Below, piece by piece: positions 31,090-45,170 of a stretch of DNA of 64,000 bases. This stretch comes from Eledone cirrhosa. Lineage: Eukaryota. Positions within the stretch are counted from its first letter, which is position 1. Each line of letters opens with the position of its first letter. The position numbers and the translations under genes were made by a program. The stretch lies in NCBI GenBank assembly GCA_964016885.1, contig OZ024750.1, positions 20,770,001 to 20,834,000 of the forward strand, written 5' to 3'. The notes beneath the pieces are model-generated. The model had not been told where the DNA came from, searched no databases, and saw only the letters and a program-made list of their open reading frames with translations.

Positions 31090-32332
31090 GCTCTCTCTCT
31101 CTCCGTTGAATGTCTTAAATGCCGTAATCATTAGCACATATTTTTTAACTCTCCATCTCCTCTGTTTTTTTTTTTTACTTCTTTCTTTGTTTATTATCCT
31201 TCTCTCTCAACAGATATTCTCTACTTTCCTTGCTCTCATTATCTAACCCTTTTCCTTTGTAACTCGCTCCCTCTCTAGCCCATTTCTCATGAGCACGTTC
31301 GCTTTTAGACTTATTCTTTGTCTAGACTTCCCATCTCTATCTGTAGACCATTTCCATTATTCTCTCTTCCCCCTCTCTCTCTTTTTCTCTCGATCATTCG
31401 CCTTCCCACAGTATCTCCGGCCTATTTTTCTAGTCTTCTCCCTTTTTTTTCTTTCACTCATCGTTATATATCTCTATAATGTTCTCTAATAAATATAGAT
31501 TTTCACCTCGCTTCTTCATTCAAACGTGTTTTCTTCTCATCGATCATTCAATCGTTAACTCTAATCGACTCCCCCTCCATACCTAAATCCAGTAGCCATC
31601 ATTCATATAAAGGACTATCAGGACACACCACAGCTTCTATAATCACTTGATTGAAGACATACTTTCCCCAGCTGTTACGACAATACATTATCCTTCCAAC
31701 TGTAGAATCACAACATAAATCAAATCCACAGCCCTTATCCTAAATCTCAAACCCACCAATGTATACACGTGCCGCGAGAAATGTTTTACCACAAAACAAA
31801 CATCTATAGCAAACGTCATATCTATACACGAATGCGTGTTTGAATTAGGCCTGCCTATTGTATTACAATCAAAAATGGCGCGAAATAATTTAATGGATCC
31901 CTTTATATATATGTATATATATATATAAAGAAAAAAAGATGAAATCGAAAATGCAACTGGAGTCTTATTTTTGTTTAAATATATATATTTATTTGGTTCC
32001 TTTACCGGTTTCGCAGTTCTTCTTTATACTTTCACTCGTGTAGGACACCTCGGTTATTTTTCATTTTGTAAAAAACCTCACTTTCTAATAGATATATATA
32101 TATATACAGTGAGAGAGAGAGAGAGAGAGAGAGAATATAGTAGTGATTGGATTTCGATGGGGGAAATCGAAGACTGCTTCAACATGTACTGTCTGTTTTA
32201 CTCAACAAGTGAATCACTTATCATACTGTTTCGATGGTGTTCACTCGTGGGTGCAATGAAGGTAATTCCAGGCGTGTTTATATATCATATAGTACGTAAC
32301 ATGAATACATCAATTTCACACTTAAAGGACTG

Positions 32333-32409
<77 letters not shown>

Positions 32410-32790
32410 AGTGCTTGTGTTGTGGATATTGTGCACGAGTCGGTATGCGTTTGTATAAAGGCACTGATGATATTATACCATGGCTGTTACTATAAAGATG
32501 GCTACCACGAACACTATACCCGGTATTTATCGGTAATATTCAAAGAAAAGATTGAATATAGATAATATATAATAACAGCAGGAAAACATCAATAGCGTCC
32601 GAGGTGATTGGCTTCATTTCTTTCCAGCAGCAAAAGTAGAGAATAAACCAACTATATACATTTCCACCATACTACTCTATATTACTTTACAATGTAATCT
32701 TCAATGTATGCTCTGCGACCATGCTCAAGTATATTACACAGTGGATGGATTGTTACGTTCCATTGTTGGATTGCAGAAATATGTTTTCTT

Positions 32791-33306
32791 AGCAGAAAAT
32801 GATAAAGGTATTTTCTCTCAGAATAACATCAAAACATATATTTACAAAATAAGAATTATCGGTTTTAGCTTGTACGCTTTTTCACACGACGGACGTGTAA
32901 AATGCAATTAAATTGCATTTTTTGTTTGTAGTTTTCTTTCTTTCCCTCTTAGTGCTGACCTCAGCCGGTCACCAAGAACCAGCTTCGAAGCCAACAGTTT
33001 AAACAGAACTGATTCTTCCCTGCTATCTCACTGTTGGTGGTGACACGGTTAAGGTCAGCACTAAAAGAGAAAGAAAGAAAACTACAGACAAAAATGTGAA
33101 GTTTTCTCCCTATATATGTTTTATAGAAACAATTTTCCCACATATTCTTATTGTTCTTATTAATATGGAATTTAATTACATCATAAACTTCCGTCATGTG
33201 AAAAAGCGTGCCAGCTGAAACCTGTACAAATAATGCGGAAATACCTATTTTGTAAATAAATATTTTGATGTTATTCTGAGAGAAAATCCGTTTAGCATTC
33301 TCTACT
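32791..33306. mobile_element. About 515-bp imperfect foldback element (MITE-like)
   Basis: Paired segments ttttctctcagaataacatcaaaa/ttttgatgttattctgagagaaaa, ttagtgctgacct/aggtcagcactaa and ccaacagt/actgttgg. Confidence 0.75.
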
Positions 33307-33318
33307 CTTTTTTTTTTC

Positions 33319-33355
<37 letters not shown>

Positions 33356-33605
33356 GTGCTTGTGTGTGTTTGGATATGATCAGTGGCAGAGTGATGGAGG
33401 TATAAATAGTATCGCATCAGGAAGCAATATTCTATTCTCAGCCTAGATTGGTGAATCATTATTACAGTTTAAAAAACTGGGAGACTTAACGAAACGAACC
33501 TGCTACTCTATGACGTACATTTAAATATCATGTATTCTATAGTTTATTGAATATTATTCTTTTATCTTTCTAAATTGAAAGTTGAAATATATGAATATAT
33601 AAATG

Positions 33606-33675
<70 letters not shown>

Positions 33676-33770
33676 CATTCACAGAGAGCTAGAGAGAGGG
33701 AGAGATTTATATATATTTGTATGCATTTATATTCTCTATTTTTTTTAGTATTGAATTAATTAGTTTTACC

Positions 33771-33828
<58 letters not shown>

Positions 33829-35227
33829 ATACACTAATGTATACGGGCTCTTCTGGGATAATCCACTCTAAACACTGTAAAGCCTCGAAATTAATCCTAT
33901 TCCGTATCTGACTTGAATATATAATGAGAAAACAATGTTATTTTCATTGGTTGTCATTGCTGAGATATGTGCAAAGAAGTCGAATATATAGTTTCTTCAT
34001 AGAATAGAGCCAATTTATTTCACGTTTACATTGTTCTCACTTCTTTGTTTGAAAGTATTTTGGTACGAACAAATTTATTTTTTAATACGTTGGCATTCGA
34101 TCTTGCTAATTTTGAACGCTTCCTCAAAGCCTTTATTCCCGTAGTCTGGAATTCAACAAAAAACGCCAACAAATGTAATTACGTTTTTTGGGTGTCCATG
34201 GAATAATGATTTGCAGACAGATATTCACGTGTTATATCTAACTAGTAAAACCATGCCGTCAATAATTGCGACAATAGCGTCCAGCCTATTTACTTAAAGG
34301 TATCCAGGATTGCCATATACCTGACTTATGAAATATATAAACGAATATACAAACTAAAATGCTACGTTTTGATAAATGAATTGTTAGCACAGGTGAAACC
34401 TTACACTGTGATTATTGAAAAGTAGAAGGGATTAAAGAGAAGGTTTTAATGATTTAGATACACAACTACATAAATATATAAGCAAACATACAAAGCGCAT
34501 TATTATGAGTTTTTCTTTTCATCTTGATGTAGCAGGACAATTGGAAAAACCCAAACTCAATACTTCTTTATTTATCACATCCATAAGAATTAATATAATT
34601 TTAACTCTGTAACGTATCAATTAATTTAATATTAATTCTGTAACCTATCAATTAATTTAATTTCCTTTTATGTATCTAGGTTCCTTGAAATTTAAACAGG
34701 AGTAGTTTCTCTCACTAACACTCTCATCCCACAAAAAATTATTTTCCCTATGCTTTTAATAAGATTCTTTAATAACATCAATATTTTTGGGTAATCCTTC
34801 ACTATCTAATTAACTTGACCTCATTTTAACCCCTACCTTTCTCTTCCCCATTCTTTACATTCAAAGCATAAATTTACATTCCTCCACTCCTAGCATAACA
34901 TTTCTACTACGGTTATTCTATCAACTTGACCTCTAACTTTTCTATTGGTCAATTCAAAACCTGTTCCCAAACAGACATTTGTATTAATACTTTCTTTCAA
35001 TAAACATACTTCATCATTTCTGAAGATGGCATATATAGGCATATATATATATGGCATATAATTTGTAATATTTGTTTTACATAGATCTTTAATATGATAT
35101 ACATACCAACATACACATATATATCCCAGAAACGATCGTAAAATGATGATTTTTTTAATAAAAGGAACCTGTTCTTTGTTTTTATTTCATTGTTTTTATT
35201 AATTTATATATATAATTAAAACATTCC

Positions 35228-35594
35228 CATAAAGAGGTACTCAAGTTTCGTTGGGTTCTGGGCTCCAATTTCTTCAACCTGTCATGAGAAAGATAAAGAA
35301 ACAAAGATGATGAATTGATTGTGCTTTTTAAATAACCCCTTTTTCTATACTTTTTTCTTAATTACCTGCCCCTGCCTGAACTCTTTTGTTATATCTCCAC
35401 AAGGAAAGCACAATCAACCATAGGCAGCCATGTTTGTTTTTTATTTTTCTCATGACAGTTTGAAGAAATTGGGGCCCAGAAACCAACGAAACTTAAATAC
35501 CTCTTTATGTCACTGTTGTAATTATTTATACTAAACGCTTCGTATGGACTGAATGTTCTTACTCTTGGATATTTCCACTTAACATTTATTTCAG
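35228..35594. mobile_element. Inverted repeat plus tail element with hammerhead-like motifs (U3 variant)
   Basis: Arms ~35228-35328 and ~35405-35509; minus strand reads agg TTGAAGA aattgg..ccaac GAAA cttgag TA cct; ~85-bp tail ends in (TA)n. Confidence 0.72.
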
Positions 35595-35615
35595 TATATA
35601 TATATATATATATAT

Positions 35616-35750
35616 AACGAAGGAAATGTGGTAAGGAACCAGATGGACAATAACTAACCAAAGTACTCAATACTTAGGGTAGTAGAGTGGGTAATAGGAA
35701 CGAGTAGGACTCCGACGGCTGAGCTCAGCCGTCGGGGTCCTACTCGTTCC

Positions 35751-35753
<3 letters not shown>
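35616..35753 (-). mobile_element. Family A element, 30-bp arms with no loop
   Basis: ataggaacgagtaggactccgacggctgag|ctcagccgtcggggtcctactcgttcctat. Confidence 0.82.
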
Positions 35754-35781
<28 letters not shown>

Positions 35782-36319
35782 CCTTATGATTGCGATTAGT
35801 GGACCAGGAAGTGAAGACACAACAATATTGAATAGTGCATTTAAGCACAAAGCCCTTGTTCCCCGCCTCCTATATAAACTTGTATGTGTATATGCAAGCA
35901 TGGCTGAGAGTTTATAGACATATTCTTAATCATGTCCCCCCGCTTCGATATTGATTTCTGACATCTTGGACAACCGCATTTTACCCTTAACTAAATCGCA
36001 ATTTTTCTATTTATTTCTTGAAGTAAGTTGTACATTTATTTCCTTCGTGTCTCTTGTCTTTGCTACCTGGCATTTTCAAATGCCGCCGAGATTAATTTTG
36101 CCTTTCATCCTTACGGGGTCTATAAAATAAAGTACCAGTAATGCAGTGCGTAATTGCTGGCCTTGTGCCAAAAGTGGAAACAATTCTCATAGATTGGTAG
36201 ACTAGAGACTCTGGAACAATCTACGAGTATTTAGTGACATGTCGAATGTAGAATGTTCGGGATATAAAAACTAACACTAACTCTAATTTCTGTCAAGGAT
36301 TTCCTTTGCATGTTCACAT

Positions 36320-36510
36320 TCGCATTCTGATGTTTTTTTCATGAAAAGAAATCAATTTCCTTCCGTGTAGAATAGTATTAATTTCAAAAACACTAATGGA
36401 TAACTTGTTTGAGAAGTTGAGTGCATCCTTCAAGAAGGGCTCGGAAATTAAGTGGTAGTAATCCTTAATACCAAACTGGGTGAATCTAGAATCTTCCTTG
36501 ACAAGTAAGG
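36320..36510 (-). pseudogene. Decayed Penelope-like (possibly Naiad-type) reverse transcriptase fragment
   Basis: Manual translation KEDSRFTQFGIKDYYHLISEPFLKDALNFSNKLSISVFEINTILHGRKLISFHE resembles the PLE RT region FxQFDIxDFYPSI..ALxF..I.HARKSLLF (recalled, not searched). The catalytic D position reads G. Confidence 0.7.
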
Positions 36511-36737
36511 ATTTGGGTCAAGTAATCCTGGGTACATAGAAAGAGAACTTTACTTTAAGAATTCTGGATAAATGAGAGACGAAGGGTAGAATTCAACTGT
36601 CTCGGAGATGGTTCAATCTAAAATATTCTGTCACTCTTTCTAAAAAAAACAACTAAGATTATACATGAAATAATTTTCCCCATAGATCATCCTAGTTCCG
36701 AAGAGTCGATAGTTCATCCACAGGAATTATTTTGCTT

Positions 36738-36838
<101 letters not shown>

Positions 36839-39094
36839 GAGAAGGATATGTTCCTTGGTAAGATTGTATCCGGTTTTTTTCCGGATTATCACTGCTACGT
36901 ATAAGATTTTATAATTCAGTCCTGTGATATTCGGGTAGATTTTCCTTTCATATACCTGTTTTAACTGGCCACATTACATGCATTTATTCGTTCGGGGAGC
37001 TACGCATTACTGTGTGAGGGTATTACATTGATCCATATTCATAGAATTTGCAATGTTTTCATTTTTAAAAATGTTCATTATTGTTCCTGTTAAGTTGATT
37101 TAAATATTAGCTCATTCCCTTCTGATGATCTTTTGAATTTGGCATATTATTTACTGTTGAGTCGAGATTAATCCTTAGCTGCAGATTTGTATTTGGTCGA
37201 ACATTTAGATTTTTGTTTTATTCATTACTTGGCTTGAGTATTCATAGTGCAATACGCAACCACTTTAGGTACAGTTTTGAGATCTACTTTATTCAGCGCA
37301 CCCAAAAGAAAATTTGATGTCATTTTGACCATAATATATTTTGTCTTTTCAATGTAGATATATATTAGTTCGAACTTCATCGTCAACTGATGTACGCAGA
37401 GGACAGATTATAATTATATTACTGTACCTTGGGTGGCGAATTTAATCGACAATATGGCTTGAATGACCCTAACCTATAAAAAAGATAAAATGTATATATA
37501 TATATGTGTGTGTGTGGGGGGGGGGGGGTTAACTTTTTTTTATTTGGTGAATAATCTCTGTACCTGGAATCGTTGAGTTTTTTCCTTTATAATCCATATT
37601 TGTTTCTATATTTGTTTCAACATAATTGATTATTCGTAAGATTCTCTCGATGCTGGCAACGCTACTAGACACGAAAATGATAAACAAAGAAAGTCAAGCA
37701 TTGTTTCGGTTTTGATTAAGAATCATTGATTAAAAAGCAAATTTACTCTTTCTTTCTTCAGTAGTTTCTGAAATATTAGAAAAGAGAGTGAACCAGACAA
37801 TAAAAATCTGTAGCAATTAATTTTACATTTACGTTTCCGTTGTCCGATATTTTGTAGAAAGTGAATGATAATTGTATCATTTAGCTCTTCCGTAGCAATA
37901 TAATATCTTGCTTAAGTACTCCCACTAGAGAATTTATTAAGTAATTTTGGTTGTCGTAATCATTACAGATTTCAGTTGATCCTTCAAAATCTCGATGCTA
38001 CTCTTTCGATCATACTGCATGATAAATGTCTTAAATATCCTCTCAAGCCAACCAATGAAGTTTCAATGAAATTAGAAAGACAGAAAGTGTGGGCATTCAC
38101 ACCCGGTGGAGAGTATGTATAATTCAAAGATCCAGACATGCGTCATGCAGATACTGTTGAGAATTCATTAAAGCTGTATATACTTCTGATTAATTCAATC
38201 ACTTATGCTTCAATTTCTCTGTCGAGGGTTTAGTCGATCAAGCCATTGAGCGTCCATCAAAAGCGACAAATGATGTATCACTTATGTTTGATACCACAGT
38301 AAGAAAATAGTAAATTCATAAGATAACAAAATGTCAAAATTTGCAAAGTAGTATTAACTTTCAATTGCTTTTGTGTCAGTCATAATCTCTCGTAACATTG
38401 ACTAAGGAATGAAGCATGAATAATGTTACGCTTCATTTAGTATAGGAAATATAGATCCATTTCGCATGTCAATAATTTCAATGAATAGGAACAAAGGAAC
38501 TCTGGGAGAAAGATTGCCAGGCTGGAGAAAATTGCTTTCGAGTCCCATAGTTGGAAAACTCTTCGCTTAAAATCCACGGGTGACTTGTTATTTATTAGAG
38601 AAATCTAGGCGTTCATATTTCGTTCTCCCAAGCACTGAACAGATATATCGACTGAAAATGTATAACCACTGGTAAGAAGTAAATTACGAAAAATGGAATA
38701 TTATGGAAGAATAATTTAATAAAATATGAAAATTTATCAAATTTAAAGCCCCGTTATTCTTTTTATAATGTTACGAGTTCATTATGAATACGTGTCCTGT
38801 TGAGCAAATGTAGCGTGCCTTGAGCTGCCTACAAAAGCAGAGCGTGTGAGTTAGCCGACTTTATCCTTCAACCTAGTTAACAACATCACCTGATCATGGG
38901 TAGCTTTCGCAGAGTCCAATTAGTCTGTCTCTAGTCGGAGGAGGATTCGATATCATATGATTCTTTGAACTATTCGAACACACATTGACCTGTGGTTGCT
39001 ACACCATCTCCTCTTAATATGTTAACTAGACGCAAACAATATGGCTGGTAAGAAACCGTGTCTTTTGAAACAAACTGAAATAAAGTAAACTGTA

Positions 39095-39162
<68 letters not shown>

Positions 39163-40067
39163 GGGTGTGTGTGTATATATTGCCAAAGGTCAGTGAGCAT
39201 CATTAATATAAATACTTAATGCAAGGAGGAAAATACGATAAATATTTTTAGAAAATTATTGACTGGAAAGTTACGACATTATCATTTTAGTCGCTGTCAC
39301 TTGAAGTAGCTGAGAATTGTATTTTCTTCATGTTTTTGTGAATATATGTTTATTTATACACAGAGTAGACTACAAGATGTCTAAATATTGAAGAATTATA
39401 TTGTCCTCTATCATATATATACAATAAATCTTTTGTGTCATCTGTCGTGAAACTAGAACGCGTAAAATAGACTCCACACACACACACACATATATACACA
39501 TACATAAACGTAGACACACAATCATCAACATTGACAGTATATTTGATGTTTCAGAAAATGTGGCTTGTTCACAGTCTGCCCATGGAAACACATTTTGTTA
39601 ACGATATACATATATGGAGCACAAACGACCATAGGAAGGAAACAGGAAAAGAGTAGTCTGTATTAAGAAAAATAGCTAAGTTATTATATATGCTGACATG
39701 TCAGACAGTGTATTTAAGCGAAGCAATTCTTAGATTCCTTTTTTAAGTATGGATGGAAAGCTGCTTATTGTTTTGAAGATGAATAGATTTACTCAATGGA
39801 CTTTCAATTTTAGTTGAATAGCTGTAAAAATTAAAATAAAATGGAAATATAAGATTAGAAGGATTTGGTTTTCTGACATTCTATGAACTCTGCCAATGAT
39901 TTGTTTGACGCTCTATTGCGAAGAATACCTTACTCAAAGGTAATAACTCTTGAAGTCTCGCAGGAAATAATGAGAAATATTTATTTCAGACACCATTTGA
40001 AATTTTACTCGTAAACATACTAGCACTAGACCTCTCAGGTTACAAATCGATGGCTATGGATTCCTTA

Positions 40068-40191
<124 letters not shown>

Positions 40192-40604
40192 GAGCACACA
40201 ATTACTTAATGCACAGACAGATATATTTATATATATATATTTATATAACTACCACTACAGGAATTGAATATTCAAAACCTTAGCGGCATGTCGCATACCC
40301 AATCTCATATATTTTATCTCATGAAAACGTACTGAAACACCATCGTACCTTTAAAATATGTATAATAAAATATATATTTTGGTTATGAGAATATTTTTCA
40401 TTTATTAATACATTGAATAATATTATATATTTATATATATAGGTATATTTTAGGATGGTCATGTTGCTAGTATTGCCAATACACATTTGGACACACGCAC
40501 CATTTTTGTTTCTAATTATTGGTAAGCTCGTCTACGTCACACATTCTGTCACACCCTCAATGACTATCTGTTCTCGCTTGTACCTCCTCTTCTTTCTATA
40601 TAAA

Positions 40605-40900
40605 ATGATTGCTTGCTCAACAAAGATGAGTGTCTCAGTTTTCGCTACATTGATTTTCATTCCAGCCATGCAGCAGTCAGCATCAAATCTATCGAATGTA
40701 AATCACAGATCAACTTCTGTTAAGTTAAGTAACACAATGTCGTCTGCAAATTCCAGCCAACTGATTTCACACTCGCCAGTCGTGATATCACTTCTAACCC
40801 GGCTGTGCATGTCAATCCTGTTGATGTAAATAATGAACAGGAGAGGTGTCCCACATTAAATGGTTTTGAACACCATTTATCTTAACACAGACAGCAACAA
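40605..40900 (-). pseudogene. RTE-clade LINE reverse transcriptase fragment
   Basis: Translation PLLFIIYINRIDMHSR..EISWLEFADDIVLL..DL*FTFDRFDADCCMAGMKINVAKTETL: FADD motif and GMKIN..KT, with an in-frame stop. Confidence 0.85.
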
Positions 40901-41322
40901 GCTGACGATTCACCACTATCAACAGACCCCCTGAGGTCTACAGATACACACAGAGAGATTGGAGCCCTACTACTACAGACCATGTACAAGCCACAGTGGT
41001 CTACAACCAATTACATACTATTCAGAGGTATACAATGATTGCTTGCTCAACATCTGTCTTTATACATATGCTCCAAACACTCTAACCTATCTGTGTTGTC
41101 AGATTTCTTACAATCTGTATCGCAGTATCTTCCAACAGGCTAACTATGTAATTTCTTAACATTCTCACACTATGTGTGTATCCAACTCATGGCTCCTAAA
41201 GAAAAACTTGACTTGCATTCACTCCATATTTACGGATGCTTTGATATAAAAATTTCATTTTCCTCTGCCTTAATTTGTCTGTTATAGGTGGACGTTGCTT
41301 ATTGATTTCTGATGGGGACAAT

Positions 41323-41396
<74 letters not shown>

Positions 41397-42789
41397 GAGT
41401 TATAAACTCAAACAGTCTTTTACAATTAAATAGCTCAAAGAAATATTTCTGAGCCGTGTAATACAAATGAATATATGGATAAACACTGATACAAGTATAT
41501 AAGTGTTTGTATTGCAAATGACCAAGTTAGCTAGATTGAAAAATATTAATTAAATTAATACAGTTTGCCTGTCTCGATTTAAAATAATAAATCAATAAAA
41601 ACAAACCTGTATTGGCAAAAGCCGTGATACCTGGACAAATTTAAATTTCACAACCTAAATTTGTTTCTCAACAATTAAGTGACAATTCCCATTTCTGTGC
41701 TCAACTACCGGTATCCAGAAATTGGTATGTTTCACTTCAAAATACTTAGGAAGACTGAGAGAAATGTGTTGTTGAACGCACATGTGTCCCATCGTTTACT
41801 ATTTGACTTAAGCAAATGATCATGATATATATTTATATATATATATGCAAGTGGAAGCTTAGTAAAATCGAAGCTCTGGCTGTGGCCAAGATAACGACCT
41901 ACAATTAGCAGCAAAGGACTCAATAAGGTAGTAGGCCTCAGAGTAATAACATACGTTTAGACAGCTTGACAAATTGAAGATTGCGACAGGCAGAGCTAGC
42001 CATATAATACCAAAAACAACGAAATATATATATATATACACACACATATATATATACACATATATAAACATTTATATATATATTTATATATATATATACT
42101 TTTTTACTTTGCCTTTTCTACGGAAATACTTAACACACACACACACACATGTATGAGTGTGTGAGGGGGTGTATGACGAATTTTGAACGAAGACATCTAA
42201 ATGTGAAGAAATAATATAGTATTGAATCGTAAATTAGATTGAAGCGTTTCTAACGCCAGAATAATTAGATGAAATGAGATCCATGGAAGTATAAAGTTTT
42301 AAAATTAGTTAAAAAGACAAAGATAACGTTTATAAATAATGATTTAAAAAAAAGCACTAGATATAACTCTATTGATACAAAATTAATTTGAACACAAATA
42401 CGTAGAAAACGTAATTATAACGAAGTGAATGCATTTATAAAGCATTCATGCGTTTATATTGCTTCTTTATTATGTTACTGCTTACAGTATTTGCCCTGTT
42501 GCTAAGCTGTTGTTAAGCTGGTGTTTTATTCGGTTATATCGAACCCACTACATATTTTAGTGTGGCCGATTGAGATAAACTTTGAAATTAAAGGGATATT
42601 GATCGACACACCATTATACAATGGTATAGGCAAACGTAGACGCAAATATACATAAATCTTTCACAATATTACGTACACTGAAATTTACAAGGAAGACGTG
42701 GAGATCAAGATAACAGTGAGTAAATATTTGTACATGGTGTATTGAGTACACTTTCCCCTTGATTGCATTCACTTCCTCTCAATATATAT

Positions 42790-42950
42790 ATATAATAGAA
42801 CAATCGAGGAAGTTTCGTTTACATATGAAAAATGAATTATTACGTATCGACCTGTTACGCACGTTTCGCAGAGGATTGGCTCAAGGTGACCCGTAGGAGT
42901 TATGGACCCGTCACCAGTATCGATCTGCTTCTCAGGATGTCACCGTACTA
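42790..42950 (-). mobile_element. PLE-like 3' end with variant hammerhead (long stem II), ending at (TA)n
   Basis: Minus strand reads CTGAGAA gcaga..ggtgac..gtcacc..tctgc GAAA cgtgcg TA; stem I is weak. Confidence 0.55.
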
Positions 42951-43984
42951 ACTACACACACACATATATATATTTATAATATGTGTGTGTGTGTGTGTGT
43001 GTGTCTGTGGATAATGCACATGAGCTTTCTTTGTTTCATTTTGTTATCCGTTCTTTCCTCTGTTCACTCGCTTATCCTTGTATTTGTCATTCTATCTCTT
43101 GATGAATGTCTAACGCCTGAGACGTTAGAATTCTGTTATTAATGTGTTAAAGCATTATGTATCTTCTTTGTTCTGTATTGTTTTTCTGTATTGCATATCC
43201 GTTTACTTTTCGCATACAGATATATGTACATATAAGTGTCGCTAGTCCTAAGATAGATAATCATAATACAAGTGTATATACATCCATAAATTATATATTT
43301 ATACATACAATAAACCTATGAGAGACTTGCTATCAAAAAACAATATTTTTTCATTATGAAATAATCCTATTTCAGTGTTTTGGTCTGTGAATATGTCACA
43401 TACGTCATTAAAAGTCGAGAATGCCAGACAGCGCTGTTTCAAGATTCGTTAATCTCTGACCACTAACATCCACTCCACCGATACTGAGATGAAAAAAAGT
43501 CTTGAGATGATATATATTTTGTGTGATAAGCATTTGCTGGAGATGATCATTTGTTTAAGTCAAATAGTAAACATCGACTGGAAATGTTCATTTGTACATA
43601 ACATATAGCACTGAACTTAGGTGTTTATAATCATTTTCATATGTTTAATGTATATTCGTTCAACCACAACTATATATATATGCATGTGTGTGTGAGATTG
43701 TTTCTGGTTCAGTTTAATTGCATGTCATACTAAGTATATGTCTACTCCTGTGAGATCAAGTTGAGAAATTCCATGTCATTGAAAATGTTTAGATGGAAAA
43801 AGTACGGCAGTCATGTACATACAGAAACATACATGTACACATAAATAAAATGCCACACTACTTAAATCATTCCAATATTAACTCATAGACAATTCAGTAT
43901 GTAATGTCGATATAATTATTTGTAATGAAAATTTGCTATGAGTTCAGTTTGTTTGCTTCTTATATATAATAATAATAATAATAA

Positions 43985-44285
43985 TAATTGTTTCTATTTT
44001 TGGCACAAGGCCAGCAATTAACCAGTACATTACTGGTACTTTATTTTATCGACCCCGTAAGGATGAAAAGCAAAGTTAACCTCGGCGGGATTAGAACTGA
44101 GATCATAAAAGGAGGTAATGGTTTCTTATATAGGCACATGGTCAGCAATTTTGGAAGAGGGGAAAGTCGATTAAATCGACCCCAGTACGTGAGTGGTACT
44201 TTATTTTATCGACCCCGTAAGGATGAAAAGCAAAGATAACCTAGGCGGGATTTGAAAGCATGTCTAACCCTCTACCGATACTCCT
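43985..44285 (-). mobile_element. Two tandem SINE copies; other minus-strand copies at 60480-60650 and 60870-60958, and an internally deleted plus copy at 58960-59110
   Basis: Reverse complement of the SINE core and tail next to an (AAT)n tract. Confidence 0.88.
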
Positions 44286-44444
44286 TCATTACATTTATTG
44301 GTTGGTGATGCGCGTTTCAATACTGACATGTAACGATCTGACACTACTCTGGAACCAAGAGCTCGTTGGACCTCTGACGTGAACCTATACATCGACTGCT
44401 CACCTGCATGAAGCTACTCCCTGGATATATATTTATATATATAT

Positions 44445-45152
44445 ATACATATGAATGTATATATAGTGTATTTTGCAATACACTGTATGCTTAATTAAAA
44501 GCATTTTGAAGACCTTACGCTATTGTTTTAGAGTAGTTTCAGTCTCACTTACTTAAAATTTTCAGCAAACAGGGGCAGATAAAGCTGACAGAGCTCTGTT
44601 TCGTACTATTTGGTACTTATCAAAGCTAGGTACTCCACCTGTTTGCTGAAAATCATGAATGTTTGATTCTTATAGAATTCTAGTAATAATCAGGAACTGA
44701 TTATACAGAGCGGTTGCCGGTCAAGCAGACATTGAAAATTAGAATTGGTGCTCTGAAATAGCGATATATATATGAATGTATATATAGTGTATTTTGCAAT
44801 ACACTGATATTTCAGAGCACCAATTCTAATTTTCAATTTCTGCTTGACCGGCAACCGTTCTGTATAATCAGTTCCTGATTATTACTAGAATTCTATAAGA
44901 ATCAAACATTCATGATTTTCAGCAAACAGGTGGAGTACTTAGCTTTGATAAGTACCAATCACTCCGAAACAGAGCTCTGTCAGCTTTATCTCCCCCTGTT
45001 TGCTGAAAATTTAAAGTAAGTGAGACTGTCACTACTCTAAAACAATAGCGTACGGTCTTCAAAATGCTTTTAATTAAGCATACAGTGTATTGCAAAATAC
45101 ACTATATATACATTCATATATATATCGCTATTTCAGAGCACCAATTCTAATT
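44445..45152. mobile_element. Retrozyme-like element: inverted pair of ~1.1-mer copies of a 321-bp monomer
   Basis: atgaatgtatatatagtg at 44451 and 44772 (period 321); tttcagagcacc at 44810 and 45131 (period 321); the right half is the reverse complement of the left; TA flanks. Confidence 0.85.
44915..45010 (+). ncRNA. Type I hammerhead ribozyme with U3-A8 core and extended stem I (mirror copy at ~44558-44653, minus strand)
   Basis: Minus copy reads agct TTGATAA gtac caaata gtac GAAA cagagctctg TC agct, enclosed by attttcagcaaacagg/cctgtttgctgaaaat. The plus copy has a damaged stem II. Confidence 0.75.
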
Positions 45153-45170
45153 TTATATATATATATATAT

